Shown: positions 14,092-27,848, counted from the first letter of the stretch. The stretch is DNA of 64,000 nucleotides from Octopus vulgaris (GCA_951406725.2 OX597833.1:49972001-50036000); one strand, 5' to 3'. Notes: a model not told the origin generated them from the letters alone. Translations and numbers: made by a program.

Positions 14092-14430
14092 CTGAGACCC
14101 CTTTCGGTCACGACACAGACCGCGGGATTGCAGCTACAAAGTTACCGTCCCAGGCAGAAGTCCGGGCAAGGCTGTTTATGGAAGACCAGCAGTCACCCAT
14201 GAGTACCGGACTCCCCTCTCCACGCCACCAGTGTTATACAAGGAAAAGGCAAAAGCCGATACAGCTTGGCACCAGTGATGTTGCAACTCATTTCTACAGC
14301 TGAGTGAACGGGAGCAATGTGAAGTAAAGTGTCTTGCTCAAGAACACAACACGCAGCCCGTTCGGGATTCATGCTCACAACATCACGATCGTAAGCTCGA
14401 CGCTCTAAACACTGAGCCATGCGCCTTCAT
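14092..14430 (-). mobile_element. SINE head D (tRNA + CORE-like ttgtgttcttgagcaagacact...cactcagctg) with unique tail e
   Basis: Reverse complement begins gaaggcgcatggctcagtgtttagagcg; the tail is unlike those of the other D copies. Confidence 0.85.
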
Positions 14431-14437
14431 ATATATA

Positions 14438-14639
14438 GGGAAAGTTTACGAGAAAAACAAAAGACGAAGACATGTGGTGTACAAAACAAACAGATGTATT
14501 AGTATAACGCTCAGGAATAGAAAAAGTATTTTACGTTTCGAGCCTACGCTCTTCTACAGAAAGAGACACAGAAAAAACAAGGAGAGATACAAGGAGGGAA
14601 AAAAAATGTGTGTAGTGGCTAACGATCTATCATGGTGAC

Positions 14640-14640
<1 letters not shown>
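14438..14640 (-). mobile_element. Microsatellite-embedded PLE-like module with minimal hammerhead-like motif (14529-14563)
   Basis: Minus strand: cttt-CTGTAGA-A-GAGC-gtag-GCTC-GAAACGTA-aaat. Confidence 0.7.
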
Positions 14641-14683
<43 letters not shown>

Positions 14684-14863
14684 GAGAGAGAGAGATGGAG
14701 AGATAGATAGATAGATAGATAGATAGCTCTGTCAAAAGGGAAATGAAGAAGCCGTAGATCTTAGTAAAAAATTAATGATGTAATATAGCAAGACTGTTTT
14801 AAAATCACCTTTATTACTCATACTTCCTCGTAATTTTATCACAATCAAGTAGTAGTAGTAGTG

Positions 14864-14905
<42 letters not shown>

Positions 14906-15084
14906 ATAGTAGTAGTTGTGGTCGTGGTGCTCTGGGAGGGCCTTTGTTGAAAGACTTCTAAAACATGCTGTTGATGTGTTCAAGAAGACAAGCAGAAAAT
15001 GAAGTGGGTCGAAGAAGAAATGGAAGCAGTGTGTCCGTTGAAGAAATGAAGGGTATTAAAGAGAAGTCAATATTATGGCAAAAG

Positions 15085-15420
15085 ATAAGAGGAGGAAGCG
15101 AACGTTGCTGAGATGAAACACTTGCGACATGAGAAGTGGGTATGAAGGAAAATGGTGAATATATTTAGATAAGTTGGTAAAGGGTTGAGAGATGGACACA
15201 CAACGTGAAGCTGTCTAGGAAGGAATCAGAGTAGATAATCAAATTTTTTCAGTCGCTCTTTTTAAATATATTACTGTCTTTATAATAATGTCACTTCTGA
15301 ATGGAGAAAGCGTGGAAAAGTAAATAGAGTTGGGGATACAGTAACCAAATGGTGGTGATGAAAATGATGGAGAAGGAACCGTGGAGGAACGTATGCGGGC
15401 TGAAAAGTAAAAGAGTGACA
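15085..15420 (+). mobile_element. Possible highly decayed RTE-type LINE C-terminal relic
   Basis: Purine-rich stretch with NVAEMKHLR (~15101) and MEKEPWRNVCGLKSKRV (~15367), resembling RTE xxEMxCLRxxCGxxRxDRV; very degenerate. Confidence 0.25.
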
Positions 15421-16239
15421 GACAGACAGCAAGATGGAAAGAAACGAAAGGACGATATGTTGATAAAATAATATAAGGAAGGTTAAGTTCAAAGTTAAGT
15501 GAGATGTCCAGAGAGATAAATGTAAGTGTTAAACAGGGGGTGAAACTGGAGAAAGAAAAATTAAGAGATTAGACGAAAAAAGGGTAGGAATGTTTGTTTG
15601 TATCACAGACAAAGAGATGATAATCGAAATGTAATAGATAAGAAAAAAGGATAGCTAAAATATATGGGTGAGAAAGAGAAACCGACAGGACGAGTAGATA
15701 AAGAAGAGTAGTAAATGGACTGAGGGAGGGTTGGTGAAAAGGAACTATAATTGAGAAACTCAACGAAGAGTTGCTGAAAGGCAATAAATATGTTATAGAG
15801 AAAGCTTTGACAAGCTCACGTATCATACCTATTTTACAGAAGGATTAAACCGAGATTAGAGGATGTGTATGGATTAGATCATTTTGCCATCGGTGAATAA
15901 CAGTGTCTTCAGAGAAAGGGAAAATTGACCCATCAGTGCGAAACAGATTAAATTGACTGACTGCTGTCTACTCCGATCATTCAAGCAAAACAAAATCCAA
16001 TCTTGCGCCATATTTTCTTTTTTAGAATAGCGTAATGGCTGATCTTCCTATCATTATTTCACATAATTGGGTTAAATATAGTGTGTATGTGTGTGAGGGG
16101 TGGCTGGGTGGAGAGGTGGGGAGAAATTCACAGAAAAAAAATTATATATTAAAATATATATGACAATATTGTTTCATTTACTTCATATAGGCTTTCAAAT
16201 AAGTATCACTATCGACATCATCATCGCCGTCGTCGTTGG

Positions 16240-16590
16240 CGACATCTTCATTGAGTGTACCGAATAAAATGCTTAGCAAGCATTTCTTCCGAGTCAATGT
16301 AACCGATTAATTCGCCACAAATTTCAGGCTTTGTGCCTTTAGTAGAAAGGATTATCATTATTATTATTATAGTAAGGCGGTGAGCTTGCTGAATCGGTAG
16401 CTCGTCGGTAAATTGTTTAGCGGCAATCCCTCAGTCTTTACGTTTTGAGTTCAAATTGCGCTGAGATCGACTTAGCTTTTCATCCTTTCGAGGTCGGTAA
16501 AATAAGGACCAGTTAAATACTGAGGTGGATGTATTCTATTTACCTGCTTCTCCATATTTGCTGCCCTTGAACCAAATTTTGAAATCATTA
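16240..16590 (+). mobile_element. Old SINE family B-related copies (two, short-tail variants)
   Basis: aaggcggtgagcttgctgaatc head; gctttcatcctttcgaggtcggtaaaataaggaccag domain. Confidence 0.75.
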
Positions 16591-16594
16591 TTAT

Positions 16595-17230
16595 AATTAT
16601 TATTATTAAATGGTTTGCACAGTACATATTGTTACTGGGTCTTCTTCTGCCAGTCAAGTCTCAACAACGATCTTAGACAAATACAAATTTTCTCAGTTTT
16701 TAACAAAAGCATTTGTTTAAAGGAGAGCAATTCGTGTTTCGAGGCGTGTTTACCCCAGATGCTTGCCTAGATTCAGTGATATCGGGCAAAAGCATGCATG
16801 ATAATTGAAATTCTGTTGATGTTTTCAAGTGTAATGCCATGCAATTCCGATTTTTAAGTGATTGTAAATTGTTTAGATTTTCAATTTCTTTCAAGGCTAA
16901 GGTTTGTTCTCACAGAATACCAACATCAATAATCTAGAATTCATTCCTATTTCTGTTCAGAAAACAATATCAAGACTGCTGTTTTCAAGGTTACGGTCCG
17001 TTTGAATAATGAAATCCCAAAGTATGTTTTTGTTCCTCCTGAAGGTCACTTTCTGAAGCAGGCTAGTAACAACTATGACATATTCGACATACACCACACT
17101 GTTTTGTACAGTGACCAGTGAAAGTACAGATAAAATTGTTCATAATTCTTTTAAAATCATTTTTCAACTAGTAAGCCTATTGTGAGATGCTGGCAGACGT
17201 TTTATTCGGTGTGAAATATTTTACAAGATC
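16595..17230 (-). mobile_element. Decayed 3' end of a Dong/R4-like non-LTR retrotransposon (restriction-like endonuclease domain)
   Basis: Minus-strand pieces read FHWSLYK, KNILWDFIIQTDRNLENSSLDIVF, IIDVGIL*EQTLALKEIENLNNLQSLK and RISIIMHAF. They are collinear with the R4/Dong pattern KILWDF.IQTD..I...RPDIV / IIDVA.P.D..I..KE.EK..KY..L / VPIIIGALG. The 3' end abuts (TAA)n. Confidence 0.75.
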
Positions 17231-17425
17231 AAGTGCAACTCAAGGAGAAAATTCGGAAATAGAAAGTTAGATGCCTTGAATATCGAAATAGATTAAGTTA
17301 CATTAGTAATGGCGGAGTATTTTGAACCAGCTGTTAACAGAGCCAATGTTAGGTCAGTAGGATAGGTAGATGGATAACTGATGCTAGAAATAATGCAGTA
17401 GTGTCATTATATTCTGTTCAGCACA

Positions 17426-17483
<58 letters not shown>

Positions 17484-17585
17484 GATATATATAACAAATA
17501 AGAAAATGGAGGAGAATAATAGGCGGTTCATCAACTTTTAGACATTAAATTATGTTAACTTATTTATTTTAGTGATATATATCCA

Positions 17586-17644
<59 letters not shown>

Positions 17645-17766
17645 GGACAAACATACACACACACACACACAGACATATTAATTAATTGTTAAAGTTATAT
17701 ATTAAGGGGATATTATTTTAATATATTTTAATATAATACATATGAAAAGTTAGTTACTACAAATTA

Positions 17767-17801
<35 letters not shown>

Positions 17802-17825
17802 GTGTGTGTGTGTATATATATATAG

Positions 17826-17965
17826 TTTCAGTCTACAAAATCCACTCACAATGCTTTGGTCAGCCGGGGAAATAGTAGAAAATACTTGCCCAAGGTGCTA
17901 CGCACTGGGACTGAACCCGCAACCTTGAGGTTGAGAAGCAAGATTCTTACCACACAACCACGCAT
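17826..17965 (-). mobile_element. SINE family A 5' portion, diverged
   Basis: Reverse complement of the head and CORE-like segment. Confidence 0.8.
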
Positions 17966-17992
17966 ATATAAATATTTGTATTTATATATGCA

Positions 17993-18054
<62 letters not shown>

Positions 18055-18388
18055 TATATATATGTATCTATACATATATACACATGCATATATATGCTTA
18101 TACATATGCATGTGTATATGTGTGTCTCCATGTATGAATGTATATGCTTATACATTAATGTATTTATGTATTTTAAAATATTAAATGTTATGTCGAAGAA
18201 TGTTGTAAATATTATCTCAGAAATCGCATTAGTACTTTAAACACGAGAATTTTAGTGCAAACGCAAAGTTAAAGATATTTTGACACTTTAGCGTTTATCA
18301 AATACTATAATATACCATTGAATTCTCACGTTCAGCCTTCTTCATTACAAAAGTCTCTCTCTGTCTATGTCTCTTTCTTCCTTTCTGT

Positions 18389-18425
<37 letters not shown>

Positions 18426-18939
18426 TTCCTTTCTGTATCATATATATATATATACGTATGTATTCAGTATTGGGTTTCTATAAAGTTTAGGTTGTTTTCC
18501 TTTCTCAGCTTAACTTGATAAAAATTGTATATTTTTATAACACTAATTATTCAACTTTTATCGTAGATATATAGACATATTGTAAAATATTTTGTTTCCG
18601 TAAACAAATGAAATATGTTACACGATTCGGTTTAGCGATACTGTTTAGAAATAAAGATAATTGCTGTTGTTATATTCTTGAATCATATTTTTTTAGGTAG
18701 TTGACAGGTGTTTTGCTAATTGTGTTGTTATTCTAATAAATGATAACATATAACACATATTCTTTACTACAATTATAGCCACAACAATGTGGTAGTGAAA
18801 TAAGTTAGTATAACATTATGACGATTAGGATCTAACCACGATAAGGAGATGTAAAAGCAATATATTCAAACGATAAAATAACGTGTAAATTAGGTCAGAC
18901 TCAATAATAACATTAAGAAATCTTTATAAATATTGCTTT

Positions 18940-19826
18940 GAAGTTTTGGCACAAGGTCAGTAATTTGTGGGGAGGGATAGGTCGATTACATCGACCCCGA
19001 AAGCTACGCTGGTACTTATTTTATAGACCCCGAAAGGATGAAGGACAAAGACAAACACAGTGGAATTTTAATTGTAGAACTTAAAGACGGACGAAATGCT
19101 GTGGGTCACTTTACCCCTTACGTGCTAACGATTCTGCCAGGTTTCTGTGAATCTGTAAATATTAGACACATAATAACAATAATAAAGGTCTCAATGTTAT
19201 TCTTTCTTATTTTGACAAAAGGGTAGCAAATATGAAGGGTGGTAAAGCTGATTACATCGATACCAGTTCTCGACTTGTACTTTATTTTATTGAGCCTGAG
19301 AAGATGAAAGGCAAAGTTGACCCCGGCAGAATTTAAACTCAGAATGTAAGGACGGACGAAATAACGATAAGCGTTTTGCCCGGCGTGCTAACGATTCTGC
19401 TAGCTCGCCACCTCGAAGGGTTACAAAATAATTCTTTCAACTAGAAGCACAAGGCCTCAAATTTCTGGTTAGGGATTTAGTCGATTACATCGACCCCGTT
19501 GGGTAACCGGTGCTTATTTAATTGATGAAAGGATGAAAGGCAAAGTCAAACTCGGCGGAATTTGAACTCAGAACGTAGTGGCAGAAGAAATACCTATTTC
19601 TTTACTACCCACAAGGGGCTAAACACAGAGAGGACAAACAAGGACAGACAAACGGATTAAGTCGATTAGATCGCCTCTAGTGCGTAACTGGTACTTAATT
19701 TATCGACCCCGAAAGGATGAAAGGCAAAGTGGACCTCGGCGGAATTTGAACTCAGAACGTAAGCGCAGACGAAATACTTCTAAGCATTTCGCCCGGCGTG
19801 CTAACGTTTCAGCCAGCTCGCCGCCT
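18940..19826 (-). mobile_element. Cluster of SINE family B copies; dimer 19433-19826 flanked by a 19-bp direct repeat cgaagggttacaaaataat (19414-19432 / 19827-19845)
   Basis: Four B units read directly; direct repeat seen. Confidence 0.9.
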
Positions 19827-20721
19827 CGAAGGGTTACAAAATAATGCAGCATTTGACAGCTGCAACAATATGTTCATAAAGAACAAATGCAAACTGAAAA
19901 CGTAGACAACTGCATAAAGTAAGACTATACATCAGAGTATACAAAGGAACAACTGCGATAACATGTAAAGTAACACGAAGACACCACATAAAAAAAAACA
20001 AAAAAAAAACAGGAACAACAACAACAGCAACAATAACTTCAATATGATGAAGAATATGGTAGTGACGAATGAATGCAACGCAAATGGTAGAAGATGCCAA
20101 AGACGACCCCATCACCCAAACAAACGGGAAAACTAGTGAAGTTTTAACTTCGTTAAATGCTGACATCCGAGGAAAATGTCTGGAAAAATTCCTTCGACTT
20201 GTCGGTGAACAACAAGAGAAAGAAATATCTGCTGTGATCAATGGGTGTATAATCGTTTCGACTCGTAAGGTGGCGCTAGTAACACACTCCGACATTTCCA
20301 TATGTTAACCTACGTACTGGAAGGAACATTAAGGTTATATGAGAAGAAACAAATAAATTACCTTTCGTTCTTTATACAACTGCCTTCCAAAGACACCCCC
20401 AATTCTTTTTAAACTACTCTACATCACCGCGTAACCCACTACACTACATCGAGAAGACATCTGGGATTTATTTTCGCTTTAACGTCAAAATTTGACAACT
20501 GTCATTTTGTTTCAGGCTAACTTCGTCTATTCTTTCTTCACAGCTCTCGCACCGCAAACTTCTTCAACTCGCCTAATCATTTTTATCTAGTTTTGTTTAT
20601 CGACCTTCAACATATGGCATTCTGTGCCCTGCTTTGCTAATTTCAGTCATCTGAATGCGGTCATGCTGGAGCAACACTCTATATAGTTGTACTCGAGCAC
20701 ATTAGTATTGCACTTGTATAT

Positions 20722-20955
20722 TTATTTCTTTATTGCCCACAGGGGGCTAAACATAGATGGGACAAACAAGGAAATACAAAGGGATTAAGTTGATTACATC
20801 GATCCCCGTGCGTAACCGGTACTTATTTAATCGATCCCGGTAGGATAAAAGGCAAAGTCGACCTCGGCGGAATTTGAACTCAGAACGTAGCGGCAGACGA
20901 AATACCGCTAAGTATTTCGCCCGGCGTGCTAACGATTTTGCCAGCTTGCCACCCT
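20722..20955 (-). mobile_element. SINE family B monomer
   Basis: Full head-to-tail reverse complement. Confidence 0.9.
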
Positions 20956-21227
20956 ATTTCACTTGTATATTGATGCAACATGAAGCTTCAGTTTACATTA
21001 CTACACACACACAAACACAAGTACACAACGATCTTTCGCAGTGATTTTGTCCGTTAAATCACAAGACATTGGTTGACACATGTGAATGAAACACTCTAAC
21101 CACGATTCCACGTCCCCTCACGTGTCTATTTTACATGAATACATACATACATACATACATACATACATACATACATACATACATACATAAATACATACAT
21201 ACATACATACATACACGCTCCCCCCAG

Positions 21228-21333
21228 TGTTCAACAAAAATACCCTGTTGTTGATCTTGAAATTCCACTGAAAACGTCTTGGATCTAGGTTAGAAACCGG
21301 CTCTTTCACTGCTGGCAAGAAATCTTGAATAAT
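21228..21333 (-). repeat. Short module family F next to (CATA)n
   Basis: Reverse complement of the two copies at ~57880-57985 and ~58224-58330 (gatttcttgcca...gagaaagaatcggtttctaacct). Confidence 0.7.
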
Positions 21334-21346
21334 GTCACACTTAAAA

Positions 21347-22015
21347 GAGCACTCCGTCGGTTGCGACGACGAGGGTCCCAGCTGATACGATCAACGGAAC
21401 AGCTTTGCACGTGAAATTAACGTGCAAGTGGCTAAGCACTCCACAAGCACGTGTACCCTTAATGTAGTTCTCGGCGAGATTCAGCGTTACACAGAGTGTG
21501 ACAAGGCTGACCCTTTGAAATACAGTTACTACTCATTTTTGCCAGCTGAGCGGACTGGACCAGCGTAAAATAAAGTGTCTTGCTCAAGGACACAACGCGC
21601 TGTCGGGAATTGAACTCACGACTTAACAATCATGAGCCGAATGCCCCTAACCACTAAGCCACGCGCCTTCACAATATCCTACATACATACATAAAGACTC
21701 CGCCGGTTACGACGACGAGGGTCCCAGCTGATACGATCAACGGAACAGCTTGCTCGTGAAATTAACGTGCAAATGGCTGAGCATACCACAGACACGTGTA
21801 CCCTTAACGTAGTTCTCGGGGATAATCAGCGTGACACAGAGAGTGACAAGGCTGACCCTTTGAAATACAAGTACAACTCATTTTTGCCAGCTGAGTGGAC
21901 TGGAGCAACGTGAAATAAAGTGTCTTGCTCAAGGACACAACGCGTCGCCGGGAATCGAACTCCCAACCTTACGATCATGAGCCGAATGCCCTAACCACTA
22001 AGCCACGCGCCCTCA
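21347..22015 (-). mobile_element. Two tandem SINEs, head D + tail a (21347-21672 and 21695-22015)
   Basis: Both begin ggcgcgtggcttagtggttagg on the minus strand and end ccctcgtcgtcg(t/c)aaccg(a/g)cggagt. Confidence 0.92.
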
Positions 22016-22062
22016 CCATACATACATACATACATACATACATACATACATACATACATACA

Positions 22063-22093
<31 letters not shown>

Positions 22094-22479
22094 GTGCATG
22101 TGTGTGCGTGTGCCTGTTGATATATCTTAAATTTGGGTGAATTTATGCTTAATTATTTCATAGAGTTTAAATAACAAATCCTTACGGTAATGAAAATTCA
22201 TATATCATTTAATAAAACTATTTCATTTCAATTGAGAAATATTGCTCTTAACTGCGACACAGCCGTCAATAAAAGTTTCATTTGTATCAGTTGATATTCA
22301 AATGAGAGACGATTTATATACTTCAACTTTTGTATTAATATATCGATTAAAATTGAACGTTTATATCATAAAATAAAATTCCAAAAGTTGTCAGCTAATT
22401 CATTATTAATGTCTCTTTGATTCTTTCTTTCCTTCTCTCTCTCTATATATATGTGTGTGTGAATGTATATAACTCTAGC

Positions 22480-22543
<64 letters not shown>

Positions 22544-22564
22544 TATGTGTGTATATGTGTATGG

Positions 22565-22906
22565 ACTCTTTTACTCTTTTACATGTGTCAGTCATTTGAC
22601 TGCAGCCATGCTGGGGCACGGCCTTTTAGTCGAGTAAATTGAACCCATGACTTATTCTTTGTAAGCCAAGTACTTACTCTGTCGGTCTCCCTTGCCGAAC
22701 CGCTAGTTGACGGGGACGTACACACACCAGCATCGGTTGTCAAGCGATGTTGGGGGCACAAACATAGACACACAAACATGTACATACATACATACATACA
22801 TACATACATACATACATACATACATACATACATACATACATACATACGTATACTCTTTTACTCTTTACTTGTTTCAGTCATTTGACTACGGCCATGCTGG
22901 AGCACC

Positions 22907-22961
<55 letters not shown>

Positions 22962-23190
22962 TCTCTACACAGTTTCAAATTTTGGTACAAGGCCAGCAAG
23001 TTCAGAGAAAGCGGGGTAATTCGATTACATCGATCTCAGTATTGAACCGATACTTATTTTATCGACCGCGTAAAGCTCAAAGGTAAAACCCGACATCTTC
23101 GAAACTCGAAATAAGAACGTAAAGACGGACAATATGCCGCTAAGCATTTTATCCGTTGAGCTAAGGATTCAGCTAGCGTCCCGCCTTCAT
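22565..23190 (-). mobile_element. SINE A 3' fragments (22565-22780, 22852-22906) and an old SINE B copy (22972-23190)
   Basis: Family motifs on the minus strand. Confidence 0.8.
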
Positions 23191-23758
23191 GCATTATATT
23201 GCCATGCAATCATGCTCAGAAGACAACGTTTGTGGAAATGCTAAGCAATGACAATGGAAAAGATAACGCTAAGCCCAACACTCGTTGGAGAGCTGCTATC
23301 TCAGGAGCTCAAGTTCCCGCATCAGCCTGCACTTAGATGAAATGCGTAGAATATACAATTCCTCACAGTGACTGACCACTTTCATCACTGAACAATGATC
23401 GGATTTTGTTCTCTTCTCGGATGATTAATCTCTGTGAGGAGCTTTACACTTAATTTCTTGCAACAAAATTATCCTATTTCTACAAGGTAGCCTTACCCCG
23501 CGTGTATATGTGTATATGTATGTACGTACGTACGTACGTACGTATGTATGTATGTATGTATGTATGTATGTATGTATGTATGTATGTATGTATGTATGTA
23601 TGTATATATATATATATATATATGTATACAAATATGTATGTATATGTGTATGTATATATACACGTATATATATATATATATATATATATGTGTATGTATA
23701 TATACACGTATGTATATATATAAATATATATATACATATGTATATGTATATATATATG

Positions 23759-23816
<58 letters not shown>

Positions 23817-23872
23817 TATATCTATACATATGTATATATATGTGTATACATATGTATATGTATTATATATAG

Positions 23873-24235
23873 TCTTTTATTTTTTACTGTTTCAGTCATT
23901 AGGCTGCGGCCATGCTGGGGCACCGCCTTGAAGAATTCTTAATCGAATGTATCGATCCCAGTACTTTCTTTTTATAAGCCAGGTCTCTTTTGCAGAACCG
24001 CTAAGTTACGGGAACGTAAATACACTGGCACCGGTTGTCAAGCGGTAGTGGGGAGGCGAATACACACACACACGCGCGTGCGCACGCATACAACATGCTT
24101 CTTTCAGTCCCCATCTCCCAAATTCACTCACCGGGTATTGTTCGGCCCAAGGAAATAGTAGACGACACCTGTCCAAGGTGCCACACAGTGAGATTGAACC
24201 CGGAACGATGTGTTTACAACACAGCCACGTCTGCA
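23873..24235 (-). mobile_element. SINE family A, diverged
   Basis: Tail tttcagtcattaggctgcggccatgctggggcacc through head acacagccacg. Confidence 0.85.
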
Positions 24236-24419
24236 TCTCAACAAGAATGACTTCGAAGTTTCGGTCAACTAATCCATCGTCGAAGTTACTGTCAACAACA
24301 TTCTTGTTTAAGAACAATTAATTTGTAATCTACAAAATATAGGTTAATACTAATCCATCAGAATAACGTAAAATTGTTTTCTTTATTTCTATTATAACTG
24401 AATATAAAGACAAATTTAT

Positions 24420-25107
24420 ATAGGCGCAGCAGTGGCTGTGTGGTAAGTAGCTTGCTTACCAACCACATGGTTCTGGGTTCATTCCCACTGCGTGGCACCT
24501 TGGGCAAGTGTCTTCTACTAGAGTCGGGCCGACCAAAGCCTTGTGAGTGGATTTGGTAGGCGGAAATTGAAAGAAGCCCGTCGTATATATATATATATAT
24601 ATTATATTAAATTAGAGATAAAACCACTATTAGACAAATCAAACAATGAAAAACTTAAGCCAATACATAAAATTAATTAATTTATATTATTTTAAATATA
24701 TATCAAAATTATTAAAAGTTTAATAAAAGATAATGAGTAAAACACTACGATCATTTCATGGCTGTCCAATTCGTAATAATTCGAGTAATGGTTACAGTCA
24801 AACTTCAGGTGATTGAAATATCTAAAATATAATCAGAAATATTTAAACAATATTCACATATATATATATGTGTGTGTGTGTGTATATAACTATGAGTGGG
24901 TGTTTATTTGCATGTCTGTGTTTGTCTCCCAACATCGCTTGACAACCGATGCTGCTGTGTTTATGACCCCATAACATAGCGGTTCGGCAAAAGAGACCGC
25001 TAGAATAAGTATTAGGCTTAGAAAGAATAAGTCCTGGGGTAGATGCGGTACTTCAGCATGGCCACAGTCAAATGACTGAAACAAGTAAAAGAGTAAAGTG
25101 TAAGAGT
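24420..25107 (+). mobile_element. SINE family A split by a PLE-like module (24600-24860) inserted in its internal (TA)n
   Basis: Head 24420-24585; tail resumes ~24895. The insert is homologous to the 10343 and 12518 modules (aattagagataaaaccactatt). Confidence 0.85.
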
Positions 25108-26185
25108 ATACGTATATATGCACGCGCGCGCGCGCGTCTCCTGCACGTACAATTTTTGTATCTCCGATTACCAAATGAAACACGTAAAATAGTGAATAAA
25201 TAATCCCCAGTTTTCATACGATTGTGGTGGATAGATGTACGTGTTTATTACTTAAAAATATATGTCAATAAAATCCAGAATTTAGAGCATACACTCGCAT
25301 ATATATGCACACAGAGACGCTTACTCTTCATACCTACTCCATTCTTCTCTCTCTGTCTTTCTGTCATTCTCCTTCCCACGATAGTGCACAAATCTACAAT
25401 TAACTTTCTAAACAGATGTCGATCGTTATTCACAGTTTGATGGCATATATTTAAATAATGCGAATCTTATTGAAAACTGTAACAAAAGCGAGCTCCTGTC
25501 AGCACCTAACCATTTTATTGAACAGGATCACACGTGATCAATACAAATACGTTAAAGTCTGCGTCTATCATCGGTAAGCTTAATGAAAGCAGTCACAAGA
25601 GATAGCGAAAACGGACAGGTAACTAAAATGTGAGTTTACAAAGATGTCGCTTTGATGAGGAGGAAAATGGTATAGTAAATGTAAAAGCGAGTAAAAGAAA
25701 GCATTGTCCTTTCATAAAACCGGATGTTGGTGAAACGACCATGAAATAGGAGACAAATGAATGACGATGACATATAAGAGAATGGAGAATTGGATAGATG
25801 CGGATAGGTTTTTCATCGACGTGGACGCTCTCACATACCTGTTGTTGTCCCTTTCACACCTTCTCTCGTTTTCTCTCTCGCTCTCTCCTCTCTCTCTCTC
25901 TCTCTCTGTGTCTTTACTTCACTTCTTTAAACACAGCAGCAGCATCTACCGATGTATCAATTTTGGTTCGATAATAAATCACATCATCGTAATGTAAATT
26001 CAGTGGCATTGACTTTATAATCACGCGTGCACACACACACACACACACATCATACACACACACACACACATCATACACACACACACACACACACATATAC
26101 ATACATAAATATAAGGACATATGTATTTATATACATAGACGGATACACGTATTTACATACTTACACTATGTAGTACATGCGAGTA

Positions 26186-26234
<49 letters not shown>

Positions 26235-26876
26235 GTTTATATGTATGTATATATATATATGTATACATATGTATATATGTATGTATATATATATATGCAC
26301 ATATATATATACATATAGATGGATATATATATATATTTATATGTACATATACCTATATATATGTATATATATATATACTATATATATATATATGTATTTG
26401 TATATATATATATATATATATATATGCGTGTGTGTGTAAATATATACATACGAATACATGTTTATGCGCATACGCATAGATACATACACACAAACTAAAC
26501 ATACATGTATATACTTATACATGAATATATGCATGTATTCTCATATACGTAAATACATATAAAAGCCCTGACAAAGCAATTTATATTCATTTGCACATGT
26601 ATACGTATACGCAGATTTACAAATATATGTATGTACGTATATGTGATTGTATGTAAGTGCATCTGGGGTGGCCAACGCTGCTTAATGCAAGAGCCGTATA
26701 CAACAACTATACAAGATTCACATGAGAACGGCACGACAGGAAGGAAATTTATTCATATGTCATTGTTACAAACACTTGTTACCAAAATTTCATGTAAATA
26801 TTCAAAAATTAGTATTTGCAATAATATTTGTTCACATCTAGGCGTAGGAGTGGCTGTGTTGTATATATATATATAT

Positions 26877-27848
26877 AGGCGCAGGAATGGCTGTTTGGTA
26901 AGTAGCTTGCTTACCAACCATATGGTTCCGAGTTCAGTCACACTGCGTGGCACCTTCGGCAAGTGTCTTCTACTATAGCCTCGGGTCGACCAAAGCCTTG
27001 TGAGTGGATTTGGTAGACGGAAACTGAAAGAAGCCTGTCGTATATATGTATATATATATGTGTGTGTATGTATGTGTCTGTGTTTGTCCCCCTAGCATTG
27101 CTTGACAACCGATGCTGGTGTGTTTACGTCCCCGTCACTTAGCGGTTCGGCAAATGAGACCGATAGAATAAGTACTGGCTTACAAAGAATAAGTCCCGGA
27201 GTCGATTTGCTCGACTAAAGGCGGTGCTCCAGCATGGCCGCAGTCAAATGACTGAAACAAGTAAAAGAGTATGTGTGTGTGTGTGTGTATGTTTTTGTGT
27301 CTGTGTTTGTCCCTCCAACATCGCTTGACAACCGATGCTGGTGCGTTTACGTCCACGTAACTTAGCGGTTCGGCAAAACAGACCGATAGAATAAGTTCTA
27401 GGCTTACAAAGAATAAGCTCTGGTGTTAAGCCCCCAGATCAAAGACATTGTTTCTATGACAATACTCTTTTTCTCTTCTACTTGTTTCAGTCATTTGACT
27501 GCGACCATGATGGAGCACCGCCTTCAGTCGATGAAATCGAGCCCAGTACTTATTCTATCGGTCTCTTTTGCCGAACCGCTAAGTGACGGGGACGCAAACA
27601 CACCAGCATCGGTTGTCAAGCAATGCTAGGGGGACAAACACAGACACACAAACACACACACATACATATATATACATATATACGACAGGCTTCTTTCAGT
27701 TTCCGTCTACCAAATCCACTCACGTGGCATTGGTCGGCCCGGGGCTATAGCAGAAGACACTTGCCCAAGATGCCACGCAGTGGGACTGAACCCGGAACCA
27801 TGTGGTTGGTTAGCAAGCTACTTACCACACAGCCACTCCTGCGCCTAT
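26877..27848. mobile_element. Inverted pair of young SINE A copies: + 26877-27270 (plus repeated 3' half to ~27420) and - ~27475-27848
   Basis: Both copies are near-identical to the 3941 copy and lie in opposite orientation. Confidence 0.93.

Noticed and set aside
17302-17385. Minus-strand segment translating ISYPSTYPTDLTLALL, reminiscent of CUB YP..YP
   Set aside because: Lacks the conserved cysteine, has a weak donor, and partly derives from ctat-type repeat.
19834-20308. 155-aa and 79-aa ORFs
   Set aside because: No recognisable domain or consistent splice structure.
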